A stretch of 59,892 nt of DNA from a virus (IMGVR_UViG_3300031864_000001:1-59892); one strand, 5' to 3'; shown: positions 34,856 through 45,811, numbered from the stretch's first letter. The notes: generated by a model not told the origin, from the letters alone. Made by a program: numbers and translations.

Positions 34856-35440
34856 TTAAGATTGTCTTCGATAAATCAGCTCAATCCCCCAGGTTTTGCT
34901 ATTAGTGTTTGCATAGCTGAAGGTGATAATATCCCCACCATTGAAATAACGACGTTCTGTCCAGGCTTTCCAAATAGAATATTGCACAGCCGTCATATTA
35001 GCCTCGGTATCAAGCTGGACATCCCAGGCAGCACCCTGCGCACTATCAAGATCAATGCTATATGCTTCGGCTGCCCCACCTACCGCAGACAATGTAAGCC
35101 TGATTTCCAGAATTTGGTAATCCTGTATATTTGGATTGATCTGGAAACAGTTTTTATAAGTCTCAGTACCCGCAAGGTTCTCTACAGCGTAAGTCGCGGT
35201 GATATTTATATAATCCGTATCTAGCGATACAATTTCGTGAACGCCATTATAATTGGTTGTACCAGCAAGGATTATAAAATTTCCTTCTGACATGCCGTGG
35301 GCCGTGATAGGGATCTGGACAGTGCCATCTCCATTATCAACCACAGCGGCATTATCAACCGTGCCGTTGATCTTTTTAGTGCCGCTCCAATACTGTTTTT
35401 CCACCACAAATTTGCTTTCATCCCACACATTTGCTCCCAT
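34856..35440 (-). CDS. Virion structural protein
   Basis: TAHGMSEG..I.LAGTTNYNG beta-rich motif; start ATG 35440. Confidence 0.65.
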   Translation of the reverse strand: MGANVWDESKFVVEKQYWSGTKKINGTVDNAAVVDNGDGTVQIPITAHGMSEGNFIILAGTTNYNGVHEIVSLDTDYINITATYAVENLAGTETYKNCFQINPNIQDYQILEIRLTLSAVGGAAEAYSIDLDSAQGAAWDVQLDTEANMTAVQYSIWKAWTERRYFNGGDIITFSYANTNSKTWGIELIYRRQS

Positions 35441-35466
35441 GATATTTTTCTCCTTTAATTGAATTA

Positions 35467-35567
35467 ATAAAAAAGCCTCTTCAGACAAACTCACTTCATC
35501 CAAAGAGGCTCTCGCGTTTTTGGCCTACCTTGTATCGCATCCTTACGGAGTGGATACAGGAGTTATG
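35467..35567 (-). terminator. Intrinsic terminator with conserved upstream RNA element (copy 1)
   Basis: AGCCTCTT/AAGAGGCT stem plus U-tract; homologous to 56509-56619. Confidence 0.8.
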
Positions 35568-35579
35568 TAGTAATGGTCG

Positions 35580-38500
35580 TTATTGATTTACAGTCATAAA
35601 CAGTTTATTAATCCGCATCATTTCATTGTTTATTTTTTGTTGTTCATCTCGTATCTTATTATTTTTTAACCGAATAGGCAACTTGGAACCTTTTATTTGA
35701 TCGATTTTTTCATCAAACCGCTTGATTTTCCTCTTAGCAATATCAACCTTGGTGTCCAGATTTAGTAAATACTTCTTTTTCTGTTCCACCTCTTTGGCTT
35801 CTTCGTCCTTGCCCTGATCTCTTAGGTTTTTGATATCCCGTTCGGCGTATCTGATCTTGGCTAGGTTATTATAATAAGTCATCTCATCGTAATATTCGCT
35901 TGTTTCCCCGTAAACACGCCTGACAATAGGTATTTCGCTTGGTTTTATGTCCTCACCCACGATCAATTTCCACGGATCGGCAACAGTCTGGCTTATTGTG
36001 CGGCCAAGACTGCCTGTAAAAGTGTCCCATACTAAGTCAAGGGCTTCTGGTGATACATTAATGCCCCCGGGTTCTTCACCTGGCTCATTGAAAACATCAT
36101 ATAGCTTCTTGGATATCCACTTTGAAGGCTCCCGGCAACTGCTCCAATATAGCTGATATTCAGGTTTCGGGACATCAAAAGGCTGTTGCTCAGGTTTCAA
36201 CGGTTGGCCTGCAAAGTTCTCGTTGGTCTTCCATTGGATATAAGGATCTATTACCGTGGGAGATATTATTTGAGCTATCGATCCTTCACCACCAAGCGGG
36301 TTAAAGGCTGATATTGCGGCACTTACCATCCTCATTATATATTTTGTTGGTTCATAAGGTTTATCTATTATACCTATGCGATAAGAAAGCGATTCCCCGG
36401 CTATCTGGCCTGCCACATGGAATACGTTGTACCCCCAAGGCATGGGTATTTTGAAATAATCCCCTTCGTTTAACAGGTTAGGAATAATAATATTCCTCTC
36501 CTTAACCCATTCGGGGATTTTGTCATATTTCCATTCATCATCGTCGTCCTGCCCCATCATTAGCCTGCAAGCGATATCCCATAATCCTGCAAATGCCATT
36601 GTTCCTAAAGCCAGCCTTCTGACACTCGGACTTCGATAAAGCGCTGTTATCATCCTGGCCGATCCCTGGATCCCTGCATTATAGAATAGATATAGAGCAT
36701 TAATTGTGGGTCCGGCCATACCTTTCCGATTAAAATTCACCGTGATATTCTTGGCAACACTCATGGCGTTTTGTTCCGTTACACCAATATCTTCTATGAG
36801 ATGCCTGAAGAGAGATAGCCTGACAGCGTTTTCAACCGCTGTATTTTCTTTTGATATTAAATCAAGAATATAGCGCATCCCCCTCATGCTTCTATGGAAC
36901 GGATCACCACCCCGAGCTCTCAGTTCCCTTTCCAGTCTTCGGCGTCTGGTCTCTATATCCTTATAATGGCTTGTCCAACCGGTTTGAGCCCCTGATTTCC
37001 GGTATCTTTCATACCATTGCACCCATTCATTGCCTTCGTCTTTGCCCGCGATGCCTTTACGAATTCCCTGCAAAGCCTTGAATATATCTTTATACATGGC
37101 TTTTCTCAGGTTCTTGCCAACAGTATCGGATATATTATATCCGGCTGTCTGAACGTCTCGTATAAAGTTCGAGAGTATAAATTCTGGACTTCCGCTTGTA
37201 TTGACAAAAGCCAAGAAACGGTTAAAGGTTGCGGCCATTCTTATTAATGCCATAGAATTTGGAGCACCTAAGTTTCTCATGGCCTTCACTGTTCTCATTG
37301 CATGGACATTTTCGGGATTAAACCAGATAGTATGTTCTTCAGCGTTTTCATCCTTTACAAGAAGCACATTATCGGCAAACCTGAACATCGGATCACGGCC
37401 AAACGTGACTTCGTTTAATATTACCGATTGCCCGGTAAGGGGGTCTATCTCTTTCCTTTTTTTCAGATACGCCTTGTGTTCCTCTCTATCCACCTCCCAA
37501 ACGGCTTTATTCGGGTTTTCAGTAGCCAGTTTTAAAAGGGCCCGGCCAACCTTCACCTTTTCTGTTCTGATCAGCGTCGCTTCATGCTGTGCAACAATAT
37601 TTGTCAAGACATTAACAGCCGGCGCATGACTGCCAGAAAGACGCGGGTGGACCTCTTTTCCTCTTATATCTAAACCCCTCCCGCGTTTCGGGGTCCCGGC
37701 CTTTCTTTTTAGAGGAATATAGTATTTATAAGCCTTTTCCCAATTAGCAATCTCTTCCGCTGATACCAAGCCAGACTTTTTTAACGTATTTCTGGTAGCC
37801 TTAGTTATAGTATCGACCATTTCGGCAATCTCTTTTATGTCTGAATTGCCTTTATATTTTTGCAGGATCTTGAGGGCATCTTCATTTTTCATGCCAGATA
37901 GCCACTCATTCTCTTCCCTATCAGGATTCAATCTCTGAAAGCGGGTGTTGGCTTCTGGTGCATGCCGGGCATATAAATATTCTTCAACTTCTTCCAGGGA
38001 TAAACCTGATTCGTGTATTTGATCAAGAAGGGGTTCAACCATGTCCCGATTAAAGTCTTGAATATTGGCCCAAGCCGCCCCGTGCATGGCTTCCTCTACC
38101 TGATATGCGTTGGCCTCGTCTTCTGTTTCCTCACCCCGGGTCATTTCAATAGCTTTTTGGATCCTTGACAAGGAATTCAATCTATCCTGAACCTGCCATT
38201 GGACATAATCAAAGGCCTGGCGTAACGTACTATCATCGCCTATGGTAAATCCATCTGAAAACATGGGTGTTTCGCCGGTCTGTTTATGTGTGGCCATATT
38301 TTTTACGACTTGATCCCGGATGTCTTTATTGGCTCTTGATTTATCCAGAATATCCGCTATCCAGCCCTCCGCCCATTCCTTTGACTTTTCTTTAGGAGCT
38401 GCTCGCTTTTTGCCAAGGGTGATCTCAATGGCTCCGGTTTCACTTTTTAATCTGGTTTTTACATCATTCCAGATATATTTGATAAGATTCCGGATTTTCT

Positions 38501-41500
38501 CCCATACCTCGGAAAAGGAACTTTTCATCTGTCTTGCAAAATCGGAGTATTTTTGATGGCCTTGGTTATAATAATGTGTGCCGACTGTAATGAGATCGTC
38601 ATAAAAAGGAGACTCACTTTTGACTTTTGCCCAGGAGATTGAGCCGCGCTCGTCTTTGAGGCGGGAGGTTACGCGGGATTTGGCTTGGTCTAATAATTCC
38701 TTGTAATCAGGTTGAGCAAGGGCGTATTTGGCTCCAAATCTTACGATTACTTCTTTGTTGGGAATCCCTTGGGTGGCATAGGGAGTTACCATCATTCGGG
38801 CTTGTTCATCAAATTCGGCCCTTGTGGCTACATCCCGAGCCTCAATTTCGCCCGCAAGGTGGAGGTATTGCTTAAATGCCTTATCGGGCAACACCCCCAT
38901 ATCACACCTTCGTAAAGCATCTCTTGTTTGACTATTATTAATATCAAACCCCCGTTGCTTTAAATCATCCATTGCCTGATAAAATTCTTTGTGCATGGGG
39001 CTATTGTTTCTTGTTTCTAAATCTTTATGTGTCATTTTAGATGCTACATATCGTGCCTGTTCATCTTGGAATTCTTTAGAATTTCTTATTTTTTCTGCCT
39101 GCTCAAACCTTATTGACGCTGATACAAAATGTTGCTGTAATATTTCCTTCTCACTTTTGGGTGATCCCCCCCTTGCAAATCCCTCTATTCCCTGAATACT
39201 ATGCTGAATTTCATGGATAAGGTGTTCTTTGGCTTCTTTTATATTTTTACCTCTAATATCTATCTGTGGCTCAAGGTCAAATAATCCTGGCGTAAAAGAC
39301 CCTCCGGGATTTTGCATATTTTTATCAATCATTATATTGATGAGGGTATTTTTAAGCTCAGGGTATGCTTTAAATAGTTCTTTATGTTCAAATATTTCAC
39401 TAAGCGTTGTGTGTCTTTCACCAATGCCCAATGAATCAACCTTTATATTCTTAATTTTTGCTTTTGAATCATCTATCTCATATCGCCATTTATCATCGGG
39501 ACCCAAAAACCAACCCGTGTCCCTACGGATCTCTCCAGCAGATTTACCCCTTTGATTCATTTGTGAGGCAATATCAAGGGCTGTAAGGTCTGCTGTGCGT
39601 GATTCGGGGCCAGCATAGGCGTGTTTTACCAGCCCTTTTGCTCCCCTCGCCCCTCTCTCCCAAACCTCTCCTGTCCTGACCTTCTCAAAGCTCGTCTGCC
39701 AGTTCGGGAAGAAGTTATTTAGTATCTTGTTAAAAAACCTCTTTATTTTCTGAAAGATGGTGTTTTTCTCCTGCTCCGCCTTCCATTTACCATAGGCATC
39801 GGCGGCATTTTCTTCCTTCCCGTGTTTCTTTAAAACACTGGCTCGCTCTTTATTGTTAAGAACCAGGTCCATTGCCGCGTGAAAGGCTTCATGGTCTGTC
39901 TTTTCCTGACCGGCATATTTTGACAGCCACATAAGGCCGTCGGTTCCCACCTGCTTCCATGCCGCTACCGCCACCTCTCCCCTTTTAGCCTTGCGTCCAT
40001 ACCCTATCCTTATCTGCTCAGGATCAGGCCGTATCACGCCCGTATTAGCCATTACGACTATCTGTGACCGGTTGGGCAGGGTAAGATTAAAGATGTCCCC
40101 AGCTTGCTTTATTTTGGCCGTAGGGAAGGCATTTTGAATGATGTCAGGGGTTATCGGTGCTGGCTTAAAGGCTCCCTTACTAAGAGCAAATTCGGGAAAC
40201 AAATTTCCAAGCCTGCCCTCACCAGCAGTTATGATATTCCTGAGAATAGTATTGCTGTTTGCTCCATTTCTTATAAAATGCTCTAAGGTCTTCATTGCTC
40301 TATCAAATAAAGCAGGGGATTCCGAAAAACTTTTCCTAAGTAACGGGGGGGCAAAATGAATTATAGCATCTTTGTATTGTTTTGATGTGCCTATCCATCC
40401 CCTGATAAAATCATCGTAATCCCCCCTTGCCCCTGATTTTTCAAGTTCCTCGGCGTGTGAACTAACATCAATATTGCCGGTACCCAAAACCATTTCGGCT
40501 GTTTTGGGATTATACATGAAACGCTGATTACGAATATTATGAATATCGTAGGGTTGGTTTTTGATAAGCTGAACTTGTCCTGTTATTTTAACAGGTTTAA
40601 TCTCTTTAATTTCAGCAAGGCCATATTTAACCTCTTCTGTGGCTTTCTTGATCTCTATCCCCTTAGCCTCAACCTTTCCCTTGGCTTCCTCGGGGGTCTT
40701 GGTAGGGGCTTGCCCCCCACTCTCCGGGGGGCGGGATGGTTTAGGGAGTTCAAATGTCGATTTTATTTGAGATGGTTCAAAAACAATATATGAATCACCC
40801 CCCAATTCAACAGTGTTGTGATATACTATACCATCATAACCTTTTTCTCTCATTTTGCCCACAATCCATTGATCTAATTCATTGCCCAATTCATGGATTT
40901 TTTCTGAATGATATTTCACCTTTTTTTTATATGCAGTTTCTCCTATTTTATCTCTCAGGCGATCCCACCTTAATTGATTTCCTTCACCCGGTAATCTTAA
41001 GGCTATAGAATTCGTAAAATCTTTTACATCTTTGAAATATTGTGAATATCTTTTATTCCATTCGGATGCTTTTAATATTCTTTTCTTGATCAATTTCTCT
41101 GGTAATGTAGTGAAATCCCATGATCCTAAATCATTGAGTCTTAATGGTTTTTTTAAATTTATATATGCAGATTTTATCTGGACATTTTTTGTAATACTAG
41201 GTAATTGATTTTGTAAGTCATTAATTCTACTTCGCGCACTTTTAATAGTGCCAAAATGTATTCCTATGCCCCTTATATCATTTATGCTAGGTGCTTTTGA
41301 TTCAAAATCACTAAATTCTCTAAAAGTTCCATGATAAACTTTATCCCGTACAACACTTTTCTTAAAAGGATTCCCACCCTCGGGCTTCGGGGTTTCTGCG
41401 GTGGGTATTTTGGCCTTACCCCGTTCTTTTTCCACGGGTTCTACTTTAGCAGATTCAGCTTCCTCTTTCAACTCAGGATATTCGGCTAGCACTTCTTCGG

Positions 41501-44500
41501 GAACGGGTTTGCCTTCGGAGAGGGCTTGTTGGATGAGTGCTTTATGGTTTTTAGCAGAATCAGAAGGAAATCTTTCAATGCCTTTTGCAAAATATTCGGC
41601 TTTTGTCATTTCCCATGGTTCCTTGGCCTTCGCCTTTTCCTCGGGGGTCTTGGGTGCCTTTACTAAAAAACTTTTTTCTATATCTGAATATAGGTTTTTC
41701 GCTTTCTGAAAATCCCCCTTCATTAAACTAAGTATGGCATCCTTCGCCCTTTTTTGATTATCTGTGTTGGTAGGCTGTGATTCATATTGAGATATAAGTC
41801 GAAACAACTTTTCAGGCTCGTATTTTCTAGCAGCTTCCAAGCTATCATCTGGATGATTTATTCCTTCCATATCATCCATGTTTTTCAAAACACGATTTAT
41901 TTTCTCGCTTATATATCCTGGATCTGGATGCTCTTTTTGGATTTCCCTTAAAACATCACCAGCAGATTCTAATATATACCGTGGTGAATTAGCCTTATCC
42001 CAATCTTCATGCACCGTTTTTTCGGGATAGGTTTCTTGGTATGTCCTCGGCTCTAATTTAGTATTAGTTTTCCAAGGTTCTTCCTCAACCTCCCCTAATA
42101 TCTTCTTTTTCTCAAACTCTTCCGGCTTTTCCTCAGCAATTTCCTTTGTCTGATCCCCTTCTTTCAGCCAGGTCTTAAATTCATCCATGGTCATGGCCTG
42201 AATGGAGCCCAGACCTTTCCAGCCACGTTCATAATTGGCCAAATACCCTACCCGAGCCTGTTTCTCCGTGGGAAATCCAAGCATCACTTTATGCTCATCA
42301 AAGTCTCCAGTAGCCGGATCTATCTGATTTATTACGTACACGTTCTCACTTTCCATGTCTGGACCGACAAATACATCAACCTGGTCCCCATCTTTGTCCT
42401 CTGTTCTCCTGATATAGCCATAGTGATGTTTTAAGACACTCTCCCATCTCTTCCTTTTTCTTGAGATTCCGGTTCGAGTAGATCCCTTGGGGTTCTCTAT
42501 GGAAATATCAAGTCCTTGAACATTGATATGGGCCTTTTTGTAGTTTCCGGCTTCAATCTGGGCCTCGGTAGGTTCTGTTTCGGCTTCCCCAGCTATTGCT
42601 TCATCAAGGGCAGTTTCTTCTTCTAGTCTTTGCCCGGGCCTACCGGGTTCTCCGGGTTTTTGCTGTTGTGGATACGCGCCGCCTTTCGCTGGGCGTTGTC
42701 GTATAATCTGTCCCTCGTAGCCTTCGACATATTGTCCCTCGGGTGCTTGTCCTCCCAATTCCCCTTCTTTTCCTCGAAGAATTTGTCTCTCATGCGTTCG
42801 TATGCTCTCGGCATCGGTTATATCCTCCCATCCTTCTTCTAATAATGTTTCATTATTGACCAATAGATTGAGTTGCTCGGTTTCCTGGGGGCTCAACCCC
42901 TTTAAATCAACCGCTTCTCCTAACAGGATCTTGCCTGCCAAGTCTTTTAGTTTCTCGTTTTTTAATGCTTGGGTAGTAAAGTCTTTTTGTTTCTGCCTTT
43001 CCTCTACTCTTTCACCCACTTCCGCGATTCCACTAGGAGCAGTTTCTTTTTCAGATATTTCAGCAGTAAGTTCTTTTAATTGCTTTTTCTCTTTCTCTGT
43101 TAAGCCCTTGGTGCTAATCTTCTGACCCATCAGCTTTTTGGCCGCTAAGTCAGACACTCGGTCAGTCGCCTCTACTGCCAACCCTTCTTCCCTTAATCCT
43201 TTGCCTTCCCCCCTGATTAGATTATCCAAGGCCCGTTTCGCTTTTGCGCGGGCCGTCATTATCGGCCTAGATACCGGTTCCCCTAAGTCTATAGGTTCCG
43301 TGGTAGCCTTTACCTCGGCCAAGAGCTTATCGATTTCTTTTATTAAGGGATGGCCTGCAGGAGCGTTACTTTTTAAATCCTCTAAATCTGTGATGGATAA
43401 TTGCCCATTATTGTAAGCGTAAAGGACTTGGGCCGTGGCTTCTTTCTGCTGTTTCTTTTCTTCTTCAAGGAGATCTGTTTCTTCCTGGAGTCCTTGTTTG
43501 GGACGACGGATATTGGCACCACCACTTAAACCAAGCGTAAATAGAGTTAATACAGTAGTCGGGCCAAGAACCTGAAAAGCCTCTTTAATTGGACTAGCTT
43601 CAGGCCGAATCCCTGACACCTTTTCCGTAATGGCTTGCCCAAATTGCTGACCGAATTCCGTTGCGTTTTCCACGACCCATGTTTTAAAGAAGTCTTTTAC
43701 TAACTGCCATAAGCCTCTTCTTGCAGCGGCGACTTCATCAAGTCCCATTAATTTGCCTAAATATTTAGTGCCAAAATATTCCCCGACAGCTTCAATAATG
43801 CCATCAAAAAGAGGACCAAATGTTGCATTTCGTAGTTTTTCTGCTTCTTCCCCTTTTCCCTCTAATTCTAATTGTTCCGCTCTTTGAGCGGCCATATCAA
43901 CCGCCTCTTGCGCTTGAGAACCACCATACATCGCGGCTATCGCTCCACTCACCGCCTTATTCACTTGGCTCGCTGTCTTTTTAGCCTGTGATAAAAGTTT
44001 TGTGGCTTCTGCTGTTTTCCCAGCAGCCTGAGCAGCCTTGGCAGCCTTTACCGTTTTATTTACACCACCAAGCAGTTGAAAACCTTTAGTAAATGCTATT
44101 TGAGGTACAATAGAAGGACCTGTCATTTTTAAGCCTTCATAAATTGCCCATTCAGGTGTCCAGGCTTTAAGCTCTGGCTCTGGTCCATACATTTTTTCGC
44201 CGATTTGCTCAGCTTTCTCTTTTACGGCTTTTCCTGTGGCTGCTAATACTTTCCCTGCAATTTGCTGTGGATAATGCACGGCCTTCTGTAAAGGGTAGAA
44301 GATATCAGCCATTTCTTCTTTTTCGGCTTTCTTAACAGGCTTAGCGGCGGTTTCACCTACATATTGAGCCATACCACCTAACATAGACGGGAATTCCTTT
44401 GTGACTCCTTCCGCTAAACCACGCAAGCCATATTTGACCAGGTTAGCGGATTCCTTTTTCTCTTCAGTCTCTATATCTTCCCATTCATCCTCTTCTTGTC

Positions 44501-44618
44501 CAATCGAAGATAATGTCAGTCCCGCCGTATTCAGACCATATTGGCCTGCCTGATATCCCTGGCTACTAGGAATATCTTCCCAATCACTATCGTTATATGT
44601 GTAAGCATTTAAAGGCAT
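35580..44618 (-). CDS. Giant polyvalent protein (InPase, ART-like, zincin, LPD23, LPD38-like domains)
   Basis: InPase-like GNYKK...HYGYI...DGD.VDVF...FDEHK (~42170-42590); ART-like VYHGT...GYDG...FEPSQIKS (~40760-41345); HEAFH; LPD23-like TGWF...WRYEIDDS; HEIQH...GEIEAR; LPD38-like C-terminus. Confidence 0.88.
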   Translation of the reverse strand: MPLNAYTYNDSDWEDIPSSQGYQAGQYGLNTAGLTLSSIGQEEDEWEDIETEEKKESANLVKYGLRGLAEGVTKEFPSMLGGMAQYVGETAAKPVKKAEKEEMADIFYPLQKAVHYPQQIAGKVLAATGKAVKEKAEQIGEKMYGPEPELKAWTPEWAIYEGLKMTGPSIVPQIAFTKGFQLLGGVNKTVKAAKAAQAAGKTAEATKLLSQAKKTASQVNKAVSGAIAAMYGGSQAQEAVDMAAQRAEQLELEGKGEEAEKLRNATFGPLFDGIIEAVGEYFGTKYLGKLMGLDEVAAARRGLWQLVKDFFKTWVVENATEFGQQFGQAITEKVSGIRPEASPIKEAFQVLGPTTVLTLFTLGLSGGANIRRPKQGLQEETDLLEEEKKQQKEATAQVLYAYNNGQLSITDLEDLKSNAPAGHPLIKEIDKLLAEVKATTEPIDLGEPVSRPIMTARAKAKRALDNLIRGEGKGLREEGLAVEATDRVSDLAAKKLMGQKISTKGLTEKEKKQLKELTAEISEKETAPSGIAEVGERVEERQKQKDFTTQALKNEKLKDLAGKILLGEAVDLKGLSPQETEQLNLLVNNETLLEEGWEDITDAESIRTHERQILRGKEGELGGQAPEGQYVEGYEGQIIRQRPAKGGAYPQQQKPGEPGRPGQRLEEETALDEAIAGEAETEPTEAQIEAGNYKKAHINVQGLDISIENPKGSTRTGISRKRKRWESVLKHHYGYIRRTEDKDGDQVDVFVGPDMESENVYVINQIDPATGDFDEHKVMLGFPTEKQARVGYLANYERGWKGLGSIQAMTMDEFKTWLKEGDQTKEIAEEKPEEFEKKKILGEVEEEPWKTNTKLEPRTYQETYPEKTVHEDWDKANSPRYILESAGDVLREIQKEHPDPGYISEKINRVLKNMDDMEGINHPDDSLEAARKYEPEKLFRLISQYESQPTNTDNQKRAKDAILSLMKGDFQKAKNLYSDIEKSFLVKAPKTPEEKAKAKEPWEMTKAEYFAKGIERFPSDSAKNHKALIQQALSEGKPVPEEVLAEYPELKEEAESAKVEPVEKERGKAKIPTAETPKPEGGNPFKKSVVRDKVYHGTFREFSDFESKAPSINDIRGIGIHFGTIKSARSRINDLQNQLPSITKNVQIKSAYINLKKPLRLNDLGSWDFTTLPEKLIKKRILKASEWNKRYSQYFKDVKDFTNSIALRLPGEGNQLRWDRLRDKIGETAYKKKVKYHSEKIHELGNELDQWIVGKMREKGYDGIVYHNTVELGGDSYIVFEPSQIKSTFELPKPSRPPESGGQAPTKTPEEAKGKVEAKGIEIKKATEEVKYGLAEIKEIKPVKITGQVQLIKNQPYDIHNIRNQRFMYNPKTAEMVLGTGNIDVSSHAEELEKSGARGDYDDFIRGWIGTSKQYKDAIIHFAPPLLRKSFSESPALFDRAMKTLEHFIRNGANSNTILRNIITAGEGRLGNLFPEFALSKGAFKPAPITPDIIQNAFPTAKIKQAGDIFNLTLPNRSQIVVMANTGVIRPDPEQIRIGYGRKAKRGEVAVAAWKQVGTDGLMWLSKYAGQEKTDHEAFHAAMDLVLNNKERASVLKKHGKEENAADAYGKWKAEQEKNTIFQKIKRFFNKILNNFFPNWQTSFEKVRTGEVWERGARGAKGLVKHAYAGPESRTADLTALDIASQMNQRGKSAGEIRRDTGWFLGPDDKWRYEIDDSKAKIKNIKVDSLGIGERHTTLSEIFEHKELFKAYPELKNTLINIMIDKNMQNPGGSFTPGLFDLEPQIDIRGKNIKEAKEHLIHEIQHSIQGIEGFARGGSPKSEKEILQQHFVSASIRFEQAEKIRNSKEFQDEQARYVASKMTHKDLETRNNSPMHKEFYQAMDDLKQRGFDINNSQTRDALRRCDMGVLPDKAFKQYLHLAGEIEARDVATRAEFDEQARMMVTPYATQGIPNKEVIVRFGAKYALAQPDYKELLDQAKSRVTSRLKDERGSISWAKVKSESPFYDDLITVGTHYYNQGHQKYSDFARQMKSSFSEVWEKIRNLIKYIWNDVKTRLKSETGAIEITLGKKRAAPKEKSKEWAEGWIADILDKSRANKDIRDQVVKNMATHKQTGETPMFSDGFTIGDDSTLRQAFDYVQWQVQDRLNSLSRIQKAIEMTRGEETEDEANAYQVEEAMHGAAWANIQDFNRDMVEPLLDQIHESGLSLEEVEEYLYARHAPEANTRFQRLNPDREENEWLSGMKNEDALKILQKYKGNSDIKEIAEMVDTITKATRNTLKKSGLVSAEEIANWEKAYKYYIPLKRKAGTPKRGRGLDIRGKEVHPRLSGSHAPAVNVLTNIVAQHEATLIRTEKVKVGRALLKLATENPNKAVWEVDREEHKAYLKKRKEIDPLTGQSVILNEVTFGRDPMFRFADNVLLVKDENAEEHTIWFNPENVHAMRTVKAMRNLGAPNSMALIRMAATFNRFLAFVNTSGSPEFILSNFIRDVQTAGYNISDTVGKNLRKAMYKDIFKALQGIRKGIAGKDEGNEWVQWYERYRKSGAQTGWTSHYKDIETRRRRLERELRARGGDPFHRSMRGMRYILDLISKENTAVENAVRLSLFRHLIEDIGVTEQNAMSVAKNITVNFNRKGMAGPTINALYLFYNAGIQGSARMITALYRSPSVRRLALGTMAFAGLWDIACRLMMGQDDDDEWKYDKIPEWVKERNIIIPNLLNEGDYFKIPMPWGYNVFHVAGQIAGESLSYRIGIIDKPYEPTKYIMRMVSAAISAFNPLGGEGSIAQIISPTVIDPYIQWKTNENFAGQPLKPEQQPFDVPKPEYQLYWSSCREPSKWISKKLYDVFNEPGEEPGGINVSPEALDLVWDTFTGSLGRTISQTVADPWKLIVGEDIKPSEIPIVRRVYGETSEYYDEMTYYNNLAKIRYAERDIKNLRDQGKDEEAKEVEQKKKYLLNLDTKVDIAKRKIKRFDEKIDQIKGSKLPIRLKNNKIRDEQQKINNEMMRINKLFMTVNQ
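42623..42814 (-). CDS. Overprinted small basic protein inside the giant gene (+1 frame)
   Basis: GGGAGG SD 9 nt before ATG; MPRAYERMRDKF...AQRKAARIHNSKNP. Confidence 0.6.
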   Translation of the reverse strand: MPRAYERMRDKFFEEKKGNWEDKHPRDNMSKATRDRLYDNAQRKAARIHNSKNPENPVGPGKD

Positions 44619-45811
44619 TATTCCTCTTTTAACCCTTTTGTAACAAGCACCCATTGGCCTGTCTGTTCATCTTTTCTATACTCAATAACCTGGCCATTCT
44701 GAATAGCTTTCCTTCGTAACTCTCCGGTTTTAGCATCTTTATACTCGACGTAATTTTTATTGGGTATATTACCAATAGTTCCTTTAGGACTTTCCTGCCT
44801 GTTAATAGATTGTCGGACATGCTGTCGTTTTATGTTACCCTGGTGGTCATATTCGATTATGGTGCCGTCGCTATATATCTCCCGGATATCCCCGGTCTTT
44901 TTATTGCGTTGGGTCTTTATGACTGTTTTTTGTGGTCCTGTCTGTCGAGCCACTTCGCCTCCTTGTGGTGCAGGAATTCCTTTTTCAGGTAATCCAAAAC
45001 CCCCAGGGGCCGCCTGATCACCGGAAACAAGGTTGATATAGTTCCTTATATATTCCTCTTTAGCTATATATTCAGGCATATCAGGATCATCACTTATAAC
45101 CCCGTTTTTAATGTCGGCGCTGTATTGCTTGGTTGCATCTTCCCTGATACCGCTCATTTCTTTCGTTGTGAGGCGTTCTTCCTGCTGTCTTAAAATAGTC
45201 TCGGCAGGCAATAGTAATTTTTCAATCGCATCCTGCGCGGATTCAAAAGTCTCTGATTGATTTTCCCCAAAATTGACGATTATTTTACCTTCCGGAGTCC
45301 TCTCAATCTCTTGAATACTCACGCCTGCGGTTCCGTATCTATCAAAATACTGCTTTACGGATTCAGTATCGCCCAAGTAAAATCCCCTCATGGCATCATT
45401 TAAGGCATCCTTACGTGTTGCCACGCTCTGGGTAGCAGCTAAACCTGTTGCTTTCTCAGCCCGTTCCTCGGCTAATCCAATTCTTGTATCATACCCTTCC
45501 ATACGTTGCTGGTAGGTATCTTCTTCTATTCCCTTAGTTTGAGCCCTTGTAAGGTCACGATTAACGGCATTGGTCAGGACTGCTTCCCTTAAATCTTGTT
45601 CTTGCTTCTGGATATCCAATTCCGCCGCCTTTCGATTAAGGGCTTCCTCAACAGCCTTTGCCCTGATATCTTCGGCACTCTGATAATTACCAAGTTTAGT
45701 TGATCCGCCTATTGGTCTACGATTTCTTAAAGATTCAAGTTGCTCGAATCGCGCTTCTTTTTGTCTGAGTCCTAGACCATATCCAGACGCATAATCACTT
45801 CCCATAGACAT
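44618..45811 (-). CDS. Internal virion/ejection protein candidate
   Basis: Helical, Gln/Ala-rich; precedes the giant gene. Confidence 0.6.
   Translation of the reverse strand: MSMGSDYASGYGLGLRQKEARFEQLESLRNRRPIGGSTKLGNYQSAEDIRAKAVEEALNRKAAELDIQKQEQDLREAVLTNAVNRDLTRAQTKGIEEDTYQQRMEGYDTRIGLAEERAEKATGLAATQSVATRKDALNDAMRGFYLGDTESVKQYFDRYGTAGVSIQEIERTPEGKIIVNFGENQSETFESAQDAIEKLLLPAETILRQQEERLTTKEMSGIREDATKQYSADIKNGVISDDPDMPEYIAKEEYIRNYINLVSGDQAAPGGFGLPEKGIPAPQGGEVARQTGPQKTVIKTQRNKKTGDIREIYSDGTIIEYDHQGNIKRQHVRQSINRQESPKGTIGNIPNKNYVEYKDAKTGELRRKAIQNGQVIEYRKDEQTGQWVLVTKGLKEE

Noticed and set aside
35467-35567. c-di-GMP-I riboswitch
   Set aside because: Only ACGC..AGCCTC resembles it; the GGCAAACC P1 region is missing
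40567-40635. Second embedded ORF in the giant gene (GAGG...ATGGCC)
   Set aside because: Only 13 codons
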